64,000 nucleotides of DNA from Candidatus Latescibacterota bacterium (GCA_965197905.1 CBDAOB010000005.1:768001-832000), one strand, 5' to 3'. Shown: positions 27,214 to 37,456, numbered from the stretch's first letter. Notes: a model not told the origin generated them from the sequence alone. Made by a program: numbers and translations.

Positions 27214-29181
27214 ATGACCCAGTATGCAGAAGTTCGCGTAGGCCCTCCAGAGAATGACGCACCGCGCATCACATTGCGAGCTTTGGTTCTCGGCGCGTTG
27301 ACCATAGCGCTAGCGTTCCATTACGCCATTACCGAAATACAGGGCCTGGGGATGGGGGGCTTGGTGAACTCCCAGCTGCCGATCATCGTCTTAGTTCCCT
27401 TCGTCATCTGGCTATTCCTCAACGTGGCCCTCAAGCGATTGTCGCCTCGTATCGCGCTGCGACAGGGCGAGCTACTCACCATCTTCTGTATGCTTTGGCT
27501 CGTGGGCACGGTGCCGCACATCGGGTGGACCACCTACCTCGCCATCTGGCTTGCGGCGCCCGCCTATTTCGCCACTTCTGAAAACCAGTGGGCCGAGGCC
27601 CTCTTCAACGACCTGCCCTGGCATGTACTACCCGCCACCACCGATCGCGTGCTTACCGGTTTCTTTCAGGGACTGCCCGAAGGGGCTGCCATTCCTTGGG
27701 AGGGGTGGTACGGCGCTATAGCCCACTGGCTGGGGGTCTCCATCGCCATGGTGATTTTCGGTTTCTCTCTGGTGGTGCTGCTGCGCCGCCAATGGGAGGA
27801 GGGCGAAAAACTGACCTTCCCGCTCGCCCAGCTGCCCCGGGACTTGACCGCGGGATTCGATGATAAGGGTTGTCTGCCCACCATCTTCAGATCGCGCCTC
27901 TTCTGGGTCGGATTCCTGGTGGTTTTCCTGCCCATTCTCTACAACGTCGGCACCTACTTCACCCCGGGAATCCCCGCCCTGGAGATCTACTGGAAGTGGT
28001 ATGCGATTGAGTTAGGCACGGGATACCAGGCGGTCAGGTTCCGCATTATGCCGTTGGTAATGGCGGTCACCTATCTCTGTCCGCTCGACATTCTCGGCAG
28101 CATGTTTCTGTTTCACCTGCTGGCGCTGGCCAAGGGTGCCGCCATGGTCCGTTTCGGATTCACCATGGGTACCGAAGGCGTCCCGCTGACATCGAGGTCG
28201 ATCCTGCACCTGGAGAGCTACGGCACCATGCTCTTCATAGGATTGTGGACCTTCTGGCTGGCGCGGGGACACCTGCGGCAGGTCTGGCATCAGGTGCGGG
28301 TGGGCGGTGGAGATCCTGGCGAACGGCAGCGCTACCGGCTCGCGCTTTTCGGTCTGGTAACATCGGCGGGGTACGTGATCGGCTTCATGTACTTCACGGG
28401 CATGAGTCTGCCGCTGGCGCTGATCGTGTTCCTGGTGACGACGCTGACCTATCTGGTGATCATGAAGCAGATAGCCGCGACCGGATGCGCCTATCTGCTC
28501 ACTGACTGGAACCACATGAAAGCCAAGACTTTTGTGCACGAGCTGCTGGGCACGGTCCATATCTCCCAACAGAGCCACATCGCTTTTCGCTTTTTCAGCG
28601 GTCGCGCCTTCTTCGGCAACCTACGGCTGCCCGCATGGCCGGCATTGCCCCACGTTACGCGCATCTTTTCCCTCGAGCATCGACCCCGCTGGGTGGTGGC
28701 ATTGATCTTCACGGCGTTTCCCGTCGGTTTCTTGGTGGCCGTGGCCTCTACCTTGGAGATGGCATATATGCGGGACGGCCTGGCTTCGATCTCCAGTGGC
28801 AGCATCGCGCATTACGACGACACCGTCACCAAACTGGCTAATCTTAGAGCGGTGGATCCGGAGCGTTGGGCGGTCTTTCTTACCGGCTTTTTCGAGGGCG
28901 CTCTGCTGGCATTCTTGCGCGCGCGGTGGAGCTGGTTTCCACTACACCCGGTGGGCGTGGCATTTCAGAACACGATCGTCGGCATTCTGTTCTGGTTCAG
29001 CTTGTTTCTCGTCTGGCTAATAAAACTCATACTGTTGCGATACGGCGGCGTCAGAGCCTACTTGAGCGGCAAACCATTTTTCTACGGTCTCGGCATAGGG
29101 TACGTGACGGGAGTCATTCTGTCGGTGACCGTGGACCTCATCTGGTTTCCAACGGCAGGCCATTTTATCCACGGGTGGTAG
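27214..29181 (+). CDS. DUF6785/DUF6784-like membrane transporter, subtype B
   Basis: 655 aa with many TM helices; RRQWEEGEKLTFPLAQ, WFPLHPVG and RYGG...KPFFYGL. Confidence 0.8.
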   Translation: MTQYAEVRVGPPENDAPRITLRALVLGALTIALAFHYAITEIQGLGMGGLVNSQLPIIVLVPFVIWLFLNVALKRLSPRIALRQGELLTIFCMLWLVGTVPHIGWTTYLAIWLAAPAYFATSENQWAEALFNDLPWHVLPATTDRVLTGFFQGLPEGAAIPWEGWYGAIAHWLGVSIAMVIFGFSLVVLLRRQWEEGEKLTFPLAQLPRDLTAGFDDKGCLPTIFRSRLFWVGFLVVFLPILYNVGTYFTPGIPALEIYWKWYAIELGTGYQAVRFRIMPLVMAVTYLCPLDILGSMFLFHLLALAKGAAMVRFGFTMGTEGVPLTSRSILHLESYGTMLFIGLWTFWLARGHLRQVWHQVRVGGGDPGERQRYRLALFGLVTSAGYVIGFMYFTGMSLPLALIVFLVTTLTYLVIMKQIAATGCAYLLTDWNHMKAKTFVHELLGTVHISQQSHIAFRFFSGRAFFGNLRLPAWPALPHVTRIFSLEHRPRWVVALIFTAFPVGFLVAVASTLEMAYMRDGLASISSGSIAHYDDTVTKLANLRAVDPERWAVFLTGFFEGALLAFLRARWSWFPLHPVGVAFQNTIVGILFWFSLFLVWLIKLILLRYGGVRAYLSGKPFFYGLGIGYVTGVILSVTVDLIWFPTAGHFIHGW

Positions 29182-29250
29182 TCTTGTCGCATGGGTTCCA
29201 CCCGAGGGATGACCCCGGGTACAGACCGTCATTCAGGCTGACGTGCTCAC

Positions 29251-30107
29251 CTACGACTCGACCCAGTGGCGATAAAGCGGCTTCACGTTGGATGGCAGCC
29301 GATCGTAGACGTCGCGTTTGACCAGTGGTTCCTTCCGTATTTCTTCCTTGCCGAGTTCGTCAATCCAATGCTCCCGTTCCAGTGACCCGTCCCGGCAGAT
29401 TCCCATATTGAACCACCAGGGGATCCAGCGCAGGATGAGGCAAGAGCGCCGCTTCCCGGAGGTGTTGGGCATGACGCTGTGCCAGGTGCGGCCGTCGAGC
29501 AAAAGCACGCTGCCGGCCTCGCCGGTTGCCTGCAACTCTGTGGGGTAGCGGGCAAAGCGGTCCAAGTCAACGTCGGTACCGGGGAATTTTCCGTATCTAT
29601 GGCTCCCGGGTACCACGGCAGTGGCACCATTTTCTTCGGTGAAAGGGGTCAGCATCCACAACGTGTTGATGAGGACGGGTACTTCAGCGGGGCACTGGCA
29701 CAGTTTGAGATAGGCGGCATCGTCCTTGCGATTGTAGGGCCAATCGGTGTGAAGCCCGCGGCGAAGGGTGCCCATGCCGATGGCTACACCGCAGTCCTGG
29801 GCCAAGTAGTGTGGACCCAGCAGCCCCTCGAGCGCTCCTGCCAGATGCGGCTCGGCAAGGTAGGGGACGAACGACTGGTCGTGGTTGAGCAAACCTCGCG
29901 GGCGAGCCTCTTTTCCGTTCTTGACGAAGTCGGGTTCGGTCCACTGGCCGGGCTCCTCGCCATCTTCGGGGAAACGGTCGGGCTGCAGCATCTTCGTCGT
30001 GCGCTCGACGCTCTGGAGTACGTGCGGCACCTCGTCTTTGGGGATAACGTCGGGAATGACGCAAAACCCGTGATCTGCATGTGCATGACAATCTCGGTGA
30101 CGTCCAT
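29251..30107 (-). CDS. PhyH-family dioxygenase, paralogue of 58919..59761, with a -1 frameshift at ~30071
   Basis: MDVTEIVMHMQI then a 1-nt gap (paralogue reads IDGFCVIP). Motifs LHTDWP, GATAVVPGSH and DGRTWH. Confidence 0.8.
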
Positions 30108-30112
30108 AGCTC

Positions 30113-30175
30113 TTATATCTCCGCCAAAATCTCCAGCGCCTCGTTCATGGGGACCTCGTAATCTTCCCGATTCAT
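30113..30175 (-). CDS. 20-aa mini-ORF with a very strong RBS (MNREDYEVPMNEALEILAEI)
   Basis: AAGGAGGAGG ends 8 nt before the ATG, and the stop lies 5 nt before the PhyH start. It may be a collapsed gene or a small peptide. Confidence 0.35.
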   Translation of the reverse strand: MNREDYEVPMNEALEILAEI

Positions 30176-30350
30176 TGCGGATTCCTCCTCCTTGGACCGC
30201 TGCAGTCGAGCGTGCGGCTGAGCAAGCTTCTGCGTGAATATACCGCGATACGCTATGCCGGCGAACTTCGGCGTCGCTGACTTCATCGCCAGCTGGGACG
30301 ATTCTTGTTACGAGAGACAGGGTGGCGAAAATGGTCGATCCAGCCTGTCC

Positions 30351-30952
30351 TTAGGACAGCACCACCTTCCCCCCCGGTTGGAGGATCGCGATGTCGGTGC
30401 GGGGGATCTTGTAGTTCCGCACCCCTAGCGCCGTCACGAACTCTGCCGGGTGACCTCCTTGGGAACGCAACGGTGGATAGGTGTACCCGTAGTGACAGGG
30501 AATGACCACTTGCGGTTGCAGCAGAAAGGTGAGCAGCGCGGCGAAGCCTGCACCGAGGTCGGTGTCACAGATAGGAACTATGAGGTAGTCCACCTCCAGG
30601 TTGCAGATAGCCTCCTTGCCGGGGTGGTCAAAGTTGGTGTCGCCAGGATGGTAGATGTTGCCATGCCGGGTTTCTATTAAATACCCACAGGCGCCGGGAT
30701 CGGGTCTTTGATAAGCACTGTGATCGGCGGGAATCACCTTCACGGAAAAGGTCTCGAAATCCATTGTCTGGCCATGTCTGGCTTCAAGGACTGACCCTCG
30801 CGGGATGCCGGTCTCCAGTATTCCACGCCATTGGCCAGATCGCTCCGAATGGCGTCGTAACCGGCGTCTCGGTAGAGTTCCTTGTGGATCCTCCTCGCCG
30901 GCTCCGCGCTAATGAATTCGTCGGCATAGCTGGGAACAGCTTTCGGGGTCAT
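30351..30952 (-). pseudogene. Metallo-beta-lactamase-fold (UlaG-like) hydrolase with an internal deletion and frameshift
   Basis: N-terminus MTPKAVPS...GVEYW (GAAGGAG RBS) is joined out of frame to ETGIPRGSVLEARHG...PADH...IYHPGDT...VIPCHY. The HxHxDH motif is missing. Confidence 0.65.
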
Positions 30953-31034
30953 GGAGTTCAACTCCTTCACGTTGTTGGTCCCACCTGGCTTCTACTCCGC
31001 AAGTGGAATACGCGTTTAAAAAGCAGCCGCATCA

Positions 31035-33014
31035 TCAATACACCCTTATATGATTGCCTCTCATGCCGGTAAACGCGTCCACCATTAGCCAGAAACCGGC
31101 CGCCACGAACTGTCCCAGTATGATCCCTATAAAGAAGGGTTTCGTCCGTTCGTAGAGGGCAGGGCCGCCGTAGTTGAGCACGACCAGCTTGATCAGCCAG
31201 GCGGCCAGAATCGACATCCAGGTGGCGTTTAACATCCACGACGAGCTCACCGCAAATCCGATGGGATGAAACGGCCACCAGGCAAGGGTGTGGCGCGCGA
31301 TCATCAGGCCGACCATAACTGCCGCCCCCACCCCGGTCCATATCCACCCAGCCGCATGCGGCCCGGTTGGACTCCCCAGATGATGTTCGGCGAAGAAAGA
31401 AGCGGACCTGGCGTAGGTCTGGTAATACCTACCACTCAGGTTGAGGCCCCCATGTTTGTAGCCCAGGTAGATCTGCAACCAGATGGCGGCCACCATGGCG
31501 ATTATTGCGGCTGCACCGATAGCGAGAAAAACGCCCCGCCGGTGGCGCGTGATTTCCGAACCCATCCGCAGCGCGTTGGCCATGGGTGCGGTAACGAAGG
31601 TGATAAAAGTTCCCGCCCAGACCAGGGTGTAACCCGCTGCAACCACGCCTTTGATACCCAGGGCCGTGGCGCCGACGCCGGACATCACAAAACTGGCCGG
31701 CGACATGGCGGGGGTGATGGTGGGCAGCCCGGTTTCGGCGATGACCCGCGCCAACCCGATCATGATCACCAGGGTTGCGAAGATAAAAACCGGAACGATC
31801 CAGGCCGGGATGCCCGATTGCCACAACCAGAAAAAAACGAAGGTCGCGCCGCCCAGAAAGCAGAGGACGGCGGCCCGGTACGACATGATCTCCCGCGAGT
31901 CATCCACCGGCGCATCCTTGTTCCAGGCCTTGTGCAGAACCTCCTTGAGGTGGGGTCGCGCGGTCCACAGGCCGAAGACGACGAGGACGATCAACGCTCC
32001 CATCATTTGGTGCCCAAAGATGTCCCCCCCTACGTGCCTCGTCGCAGCTCCCGGACCCAAATCTTGCGCGAGATCGATGTCGAGAATGGCAAAGATGCCG
32101 CCCTGGAGCACCCGAACGATGTAGAAGAACCACATGCCGAAGGCGACCCCCGTATTGATGAAGTAAGCAAAACCGAGCATGAGAAAATTGATGCGAAAAG
32201 TGAGTTCGATTTGGTCGCGAAAAATCATGGTTTCCACCTGTCCCATGAAGGCGGGAATCCAGGGGAAGTAGTTGTTCAGGATGTTGGTGCTGTTCATCAG
32301 AAAGGAGAAGATGAAACCGGCCCACATGACCGGATTCTTGAAAAACGGCTTGATGATCGCATCGGGGCTGCCATTATCCTGCAGCATGGCCAGGGGCACC
32401 TGGGCCACCGGAAACGCCAGGCGCTCGTGTTCCACCCACTGCCGCCGCAGAATCACCAGCGCGCTGAGCAGCATGAGGTGATAGGCGAGGAAGAAGGAAA
32501 ACCAGCGCAGCAGGACCGGGATCCACAGGCGCCACGGGATGCGGTGGGCGCCCCCAAAGTAGAGGTCGCGGACCGCCTCAGGCTCGTTGAGTACAAGCCA
32601 TTCCGCCAGAATGGGATGAATGAGCTCTGCCCAGTTGTTTTCGGGGCTGGCATAAAAAATGACCCCGGTGACCATCACCACGACCTTCTGCGCCACGCCG
32701 CGGTTGGGAATGTGCGTGGCTATAGCCATCATGATGAATATGACCACGAGCTCGCCGGGCCGTAGATGCCATCCGCGGTTGAGCAAGGCGAGGAATACCT
32801 GCACCGTCAGGAGCAGGACGAAGAACAGGATAAAGGCAGCGGGTGTGCACGAGCTGAGGCCGATGCGCGACCCGTGAATCACGTTTATCGTGTAGGGGAG
32901 GATCAAGGCAACGCTCAACGCCGAGAACGAGCCGATCACCAGACTGCGGGACGAAACGGCCCACCGATCGGTAGGATGCGACGAACCGCTCGTTTCGCTT
33001 TGGCGGGCGTTCAA
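31035..33014 (-). CDS. DUF6785/DUF6784-like membrane transporter, subtype A
   Basis: 659 aa; YASPENNW, RRQWVEHERLAFP and WWPFHPIG; paralogue of 2..1501. Confidence 0.8.
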   Translation of the reverse strand: MNARQSETSGSSHPTDRWAVSSRSLVIGSFSALSVALILPYTINVIHGSRIGLSSCTPAAFILFFVLLLTVQVFLALLNRGWHLRPGELVVIFIMMAIATHIPNRGVAQKVVVMVTGVIFYASPENNWAELIHPILAEWLVLNEPEAVRDLYFGGAHRIPWRLWIPVLLRWFSFFLAYHLMLLSALVILRRQWVEHERLAFPVAQVPLAMLQDNGSPDAIIKPFFKNPVMWAGFIFSFLMNSTNILNNYFPWIPAFMGQVETMIFRDQIELTFRINFLMLGFAYFINTGVAFGMWFFYIVRVLQGGIFAILDIDLAQDLGPGAATRHVGGDIFGHQMMGALIVLVVFGLWTARPHLKEVLHKAWNKDAPVDDSREIMSYRAAVLCFLGGATFVFFWLWQSGIPAWIVPVFIFATLVIMIGLARVIAETGLPTITPAMSPASFVMSGVGATALGIKGVVAAGYTLVWAGTFITFVTAPMANALRMGSEITRHRRGVFLAIGAAAIIAMVAAIWLQIYLGYKHGGLNLSGRYYQTYARSASFFAEHHLGSPTGPHAAGWIWTGVGAAVMVGLMIARHTLAWWPFHPIGFAVSSSWMLNATWMSILAAWLIKLVVLNYGGPALYERTKPFFIGIILGQFVAAGFWLMVDAFTGMRGNHIRVY

Positions 33015-33272
33015 GGAGGCGCCTTGTTGGCAAGTACCGAACCCTTTGGTCCGGAGGCGCGCTTCGTTGCATCTTGAGCCATCGCCCTACCCTTTTTTTC
33101 CGTTATTCGCCCAAAAAGCAGGCCGGATTGGAGTTGCGGTGAGAGAATGTGATATTGGGGTAGGCTCTTGGTCAAGGAGGGCTCTTACCAGCAGATTATC
33201 TGTTGCGATGGACCTTGAAGCGCCATCGATGGCGGAGTGTCTAATCCAACGACACAGTCGAAGGTGTCCGAT

Positions 33273-35030
33273 ATGAAGGGTCACTACAGTGCAGCTTATC
33301 AGCGCATCGAAGAGCTGATAGCCTCGGAGAGATGCGCGATTCTCGACGGCGGCGTCACCACGGAGCTGCAGCACGTCGGACCGAAAGAACACCGCGTCAG
33401 CGACAAGGGTCTCTGGGGCACCGGGGTGCTCTACCGCGAACCGTATGCTGCCCTCGAGGTGCATAAACGCTACGTCGCTGCCGGATGCGATATCATCTCG
33501 ACCATTACCTGGGCGATTATGGACGCCCAGGAGATGGAGACGCAACGCATGGTGGAACATTCCGAACTACGCCATTGGATGGACGTAGCGCGACTGGGGA
33601 TCATGCTGGCACGCCAGGCGGTGGACGAAGGGGGGAGAAGTGGGGAGTGTGCGGTGGGTTTCAGTCTCAACGGCGACATCGTCGATCCACAGCGTCTGCA
33701 CAGAATTCAGCTTCTGGCGCGGGTGTTTAAGGAGGATCCGCCGGATTTGATCCTGCTTGAGACGATGTCGCTGGTCCGCGAAGATCTGACCGCGCCGGCT
33801 GTGGAAATCATGTTGGAAACAGGTCTGCCCGTGTGGCTCAGTTTTCGCCGCTGCCGGCACGGGGTGTGCGGGATCCATGGCCAACACTGGGGCGGGCCGG
33901 AAGGAGACCTGTTCGGGCGCCAGGCAAGGCAATTCGAAGAAATGGGGGTCGGCGCTCTGTTGATCAACTGCCTGCCAATAGACCATGTGCCAGGAATGAT
34001 ATCCTGGCTGCGTGATTTTACGGAGATGCCCCTTGGAGCATACCCCAATCTTGGGCGCTATCTGGATCCGGGGTGGAAGTTCGACGACGAGGTGGGCCCG
34101 GAGGAGTATGCAAACCTGGCGTTGCAGTGGCGCGGGGAGGGCGCCCAGATCGTGGGTGGATGCTGCGGCGTGACCCCCGAACATATGGCTGTCGTGGGCA
34201 CCAGGCTCGCCTCGACCAAACCGGGAAACCGAAACATCGCTGCTGCCCATCCTCTCGCCGGTCCTGCGGCCGCTTCCCAACATCTCGAATCGCCGCCGCT
34301 CACGCTCGAACCCTGGATCGATGAAAAGAGCAGGGTGCTGTACCCGCTCCCCCTTCCTGAGATCGTTTGTGACCCAGGAGTTTTTCCACCAACCCAGGGC
34401 AGTTTCCTAATGTGGAAGTACCTGTGGCAATCTGGAGCAACCACAGGCAAACGGTGTTTGGACGTCGGTTGCGGAACTGGAATCCTCAGTGTCCAATTGG
34501 CCTTGAACGGTGCCCAACACGTAGATGCGATTGACATTCAACCTCAAGCCGTCGCCAATATGCTGACAAACGCCTTTCGCAACGGCGTGGCCGAACGCAT
34601 CAGTGGCAAGGTGGCCGATCTCTACTCCTACATTCCGGAGGAGCGCTACGAGGTTGTCGTGGCGAGTCTTTACCAGATGCCGGTGGATCCCATGGGGGAA
34701 ACGACCAGCCACCGGCCGGTGGATTTTTGGGGTCGAAATCTGCTGGACCACCTGATATCGCTCCTGCCGGATATGCTGGAGGAGGACGGGGTGGCGTATG
34801 TGATGCAGATTTCAGTGTTGGGCCAACTGCGAACCGTTGAGTTATTGGAGCGCAGCGGATTCGGGTGCAAGGTGATCGATTTCAGCCTGTTTCACTTCGG
34901 ACCCGTGTTCCAGGAAAACATCGAACAGATTCGGCGCGTCGAGGAACTTTCAGATGCGTATCACCTGAGTTTCGGGGAAGATGAGGTGATGGTTATGTAC
35001 TTGCTCGAAATCAGAGGTCGCAAGAATTAG
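33273..35030 (+). CDS. Homocysteine S-methyltransferase domain fused to a class I SAM-dependent methyltransferase domain
   Basis: N-terminal ILDGG, AGCDII, LLETM and Zn-ligand motifs INC and VGGCCG. C-terminal GVFPP, LDVGCGTG and DAIDI. An alternative GTG start exists at 33237. Confidence 0.8.
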   Translation: MKGHYSAAYQRIEELIASERCAILDGGVTTELQHVGPKEHRVSDKGLWGTGVLYREPYAALEVHKRYVAAGCDIISTITWAIMDAQEMETQRMVEHSELRHWMDVARLGIMLARQAVDEGGRSGECAVGFSLNGDIVDPQRLHRIQLLARVFKEDPPDLILLETMSLVREDLTAPAVEIMLETGLPVWLSFRRCRHGVCGIHGQHWGGPEGDLFGRQARQFEEMGVGALLINCLPIDHVPGMISWLRDFTEMPLGAYPNLGRYLDPGWKFDDEVGPEEYANLALQWRGEGAQIVGGCCGVTPEHMAVVGTRLASTKPGNRNIAAAHPLAGPAAASQHLESPPLTLEPWIDEKSRVLYPLPLPEIVCDPGVFPPTQGSFLMWKYLWQSGATTGKRCLDVGCGTGILSVQLALNGAQHVDAIDIQPQAVANMLTNAFRNGVAERISGKVADLYSYIPEERYEVVVASLYQMPVDPMGETTSHRPVDFWGRNLLDHLISLLPDMLEEDGVAYVMQISVLGQLRTVELLERSGFGCKVIDFSLFHFGPVFQENIEQIRRVEELSDAYHLSFGEDEVMVMYLLEIRGRKN

Positions 35031-35201
35031 CCCAGACTCTATTTGCCGAGATCTTGTCTCGAACCAGGCGCTTACCCTATTTTTCGATGAGAACACGGAG
35101 GCTAGCGGAGTTCAATCTAAACCCCATGGGGAATCGGCTGAGGGGATTGCTTTCGCCATCTGACCGCGAGACCGGTCAGTCGCGCCCCGGATCCTAGAAA
35201 G

Positions 35202-36053
35202 GTGGTACAAATGGAAAACGGACATCTACCGAGCACCAATGCCGACGGTGTGCCGATCGTTCCGATGACGGCGGCACAAAAATATCTTTTCGACTTGAAG
35301 GGGTGGATCTGCTTGCCGGCCCTCCTGACTACTGAGGAGCTTGAGCCGATTCTGGAGCACCAGTGGAAGTTCCTCAAGGAACCGGAGTCATTACCTCCGG
35401 AAGAGAGAAACGCTGTCGGCGGTCCGTCACAGATCCTCCTGGATCATCCCGTGATTGTGGGCATGCTCAATGAGGTTCTCTCCTACCAGCCCTTGGCCGA
35501 CGAGAACTGCTACGGTTTTCGCTTCGAGCGTACGCGCACCGACCGCCGCACGTGCGATCGCGACTACTTCGAAGCCCACGGGGGCGCGGGTTATTTCAAC
35601 TTCTGTGGCAACTCACACCTCTATCAGATGCTGCCCAACAAGATCCACGCAGGCCTGACCAGAGTCGTCTGGGAGCTGAACGAAGTGCGGTCCGGCGACG
35701 GTACCCATCTGATCTCCGGCAGCCACAAGACCGCCTATGAGCGCGCGGACGAGATCTGCGGACGAGACAGCGATCTGTGGGAGACCTACGCCTGTCCACC
35801 GGGGTCGGTCATGATCTTCACCGAGGCGATCTGCCACACAGGGGTGAGGTGGGAAAATCAGGAGTGGGACCGCCTCAGTCTTTTTCACCTTTACAACACG
35901 GTCAACTCGCGCTGGGGTGCGCACTCGGTTCCCCCGGAGGTAATCGCAACCATGCCGGAAAAGCGCCAGAGTCTCTTCCGCCCCGTCTACGTCGCCCGTG
36001 GCCCCGGGAATCGGGACAACCTGAAGTACGATGAGGCGACCTACGGCGTCTGA
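35202..36053 (+). CDS. PhyH-family dioxygenase-like protein with HGG in place of HxD
   Basis: QKYLFDLKGW, EAHGG, VVWELNEV, LISGSHK and PPGSVMIFTEAICH. Confidence 0.75.
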   Translation: MVQMENGHLPSTNADGVPIVPMTAAQKYLFDLKGWICLPALLTTEELEPILEHQWKFLKEPESLPPEERNAVGGPSQILLDHPVIVGMLNEVLSYQPLADENCYGFRFERTRTDRRTCDRDYFEAHGGAGYFNFCGNSHLYQMLPNKIHAGLTRVVWELNEVRSGDGTHLISGSHKTAYERADEICGRDSDLWETYACPPGSVMIFTEAICHTGVRWENQEWDRLSLFHLYNTVNSRWGAHSVPPEVIATMPEKRQSLFRPVYVARGPGNRDNLKYDEATYGV

Positions 36054-37456
36054 TGCACCGGGAGCCAGGGGGTATTGTGGTTCCACTCCTCCAGGCGGCG
36101 GCGTGATGCCTCGGCCAGGTCGGACTGCTGTGCGCTCCGGGCCAGGTTGTTCTGCTCGTACGGATCGGCGCGTAGATCGAAGAAGCAATAGCGATCATCG
36201 GCGATGGTCTGCCGGTCTTCGTCAAGCTGCACGCCGTAGAGGTGAGTCGGCGTGCGCAAACCGATCCACCATGTTTTACTCTTCTGTGCTCTGTCGGTCT
36301 CGATGAACGCCGCGTCGTCTTCGAGCACGTCACAGCTTCCGGTGATTATCGGTGCCAGGTTCCTTCCCTGCGCGCTTGGGGGCACCTCCCCGCCACACAC
36401 TTCCAGCAACGTGGGCATCACGTCGATCATCTGGGCGACCTGGCCACTGTTTACCCGCGGCGCCCAGCGTCCCGGAGCGTGGAAGATCAAAGGGATGCGG
36501 ATGGCCTCCTCGATGAGTTGGCTCTTGTTGAACAGGTGGTGGCTGCCCAGGTTGTCGCCGTGATCGGCTAGAAACACCACAATGGTGTCGTCGGCCAGTC
36601 CATGTCTCTGGAGGGCGGCTAAGAGCCGGCCCATCATGTCGTCGACCCAGGTGGTCAGACCATAGTAGAGAGCAGTCAGGTGCCGCAGGTCGAACCCTGC
36701 GGGCGGAGTGGTCGTGTGCGGCAGTTTCTCCTGGTAGTAGAGAAAGTCCCAGCAATAGATCTTGAACCAGTGCTCGTCGTAGGCCAGCTCGCCGTCCACA
36801 TACACATTGGGTCTGAGGGGCACTTCGTCGGGAGCGTAGATATTGAGGTAGTGTGCGGGCGCGTCCATCAGCGGCATGTGGGGTGGCGATATGCTGTAGA
36901 ACAGGAAGAATGGTCGCTCCGTGCGCGCGCCCAGGTAGCTATCCACCCGCTCCGCCTCGAACTCCACGCTGAAGCCCTCCACTACCTCGCCCATGCCCGT
37001 GTTCTCGATGAAGGTCTGGCCCGTGTGGCGGTGGTGAACCCGCGGGAACAGGCTGTAGTCGAAACCGAGCAGGTGCGGTGCTGGCTGGATGTGCCACTTG
37101 CCGATCAGCGCGGTATCGTACCCCAGGTTCCTGAACTGCTCCGGCAGGGTGGGATCTACGAGCTGGTTCCGTTCCTGGAAGGGATACTCGTCCCGGAGGG
37201 GATCCGCGGGTGCTGCGTCCTTTCGGGTGCCATGGCGCGGGCTGCCCATACAGGTGCGGCTGTACTGACCGGAAATCAGGCACGAACGCGCCGGCGTACA
37301 CACCGGATTGTTGGTGACGGCGTGCTCGAAACGCACGCCCTCCTGTGCCAGGTGGTCGAGATTCGGCGTGCGGATGACCGGATTGCCGTAGCAACCCACC
37401 TCAAAGGCGCGCAGCTGATCGCACATGCAGACGACGACATTGGGTCTGTTGCTCAC
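36041..37456 (-). CDS. Formylglycine-dependent (Cys-type, S1 family) sulfatase
   Basis: RPNVVVCMCDQLR, CTPARS (CxPxR), GKWH, PPH and ADHGD. GTG start overlaps the upstream TGA; no signal peptide. Confidence 0.92.
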   Translation of the reverse strand: MSNRPNVVVCMCDQLRAFEVGCYGNPVIRTPNLDHLAQEGVRFEHAVTNNPVCTPARSCLISGQYSRTCMGSPRHGTRKDAAPADPLRDEYPFQERNQLVDPTLPEQFRNLGYDTALIGKWHIQPAPHLLGFDYSLFPRVHHRHTGQTFIENTGMGEVVEGFSVEFEAERVDSYLGARTERPFFLFYSISPPHMPLMDAPAHYLNIYAPDEVPLRPNVYVDGELAYDEHWFKIYCWDFLYYQEKLPHTTTPPAGFDLRHLTALYYGLTTWVDDMMGRLLAALQRHGLADDTIVVFLADHGDNLGSHHLFNKSQLIEEAIRIPLIFHAPGRWAPRVNSGQVAQMIDVMPTLLEVCGGEVPPSAQGRNLAPIITGSCDVLEDDAAFIETDRAQKSKTWWIGLRTPTHLYGVQLDEDRQTIADDRYCFFDLRADPYEQNNLARSAQQSDLAEASRRRLEEWNHNTPWLPVHQTP

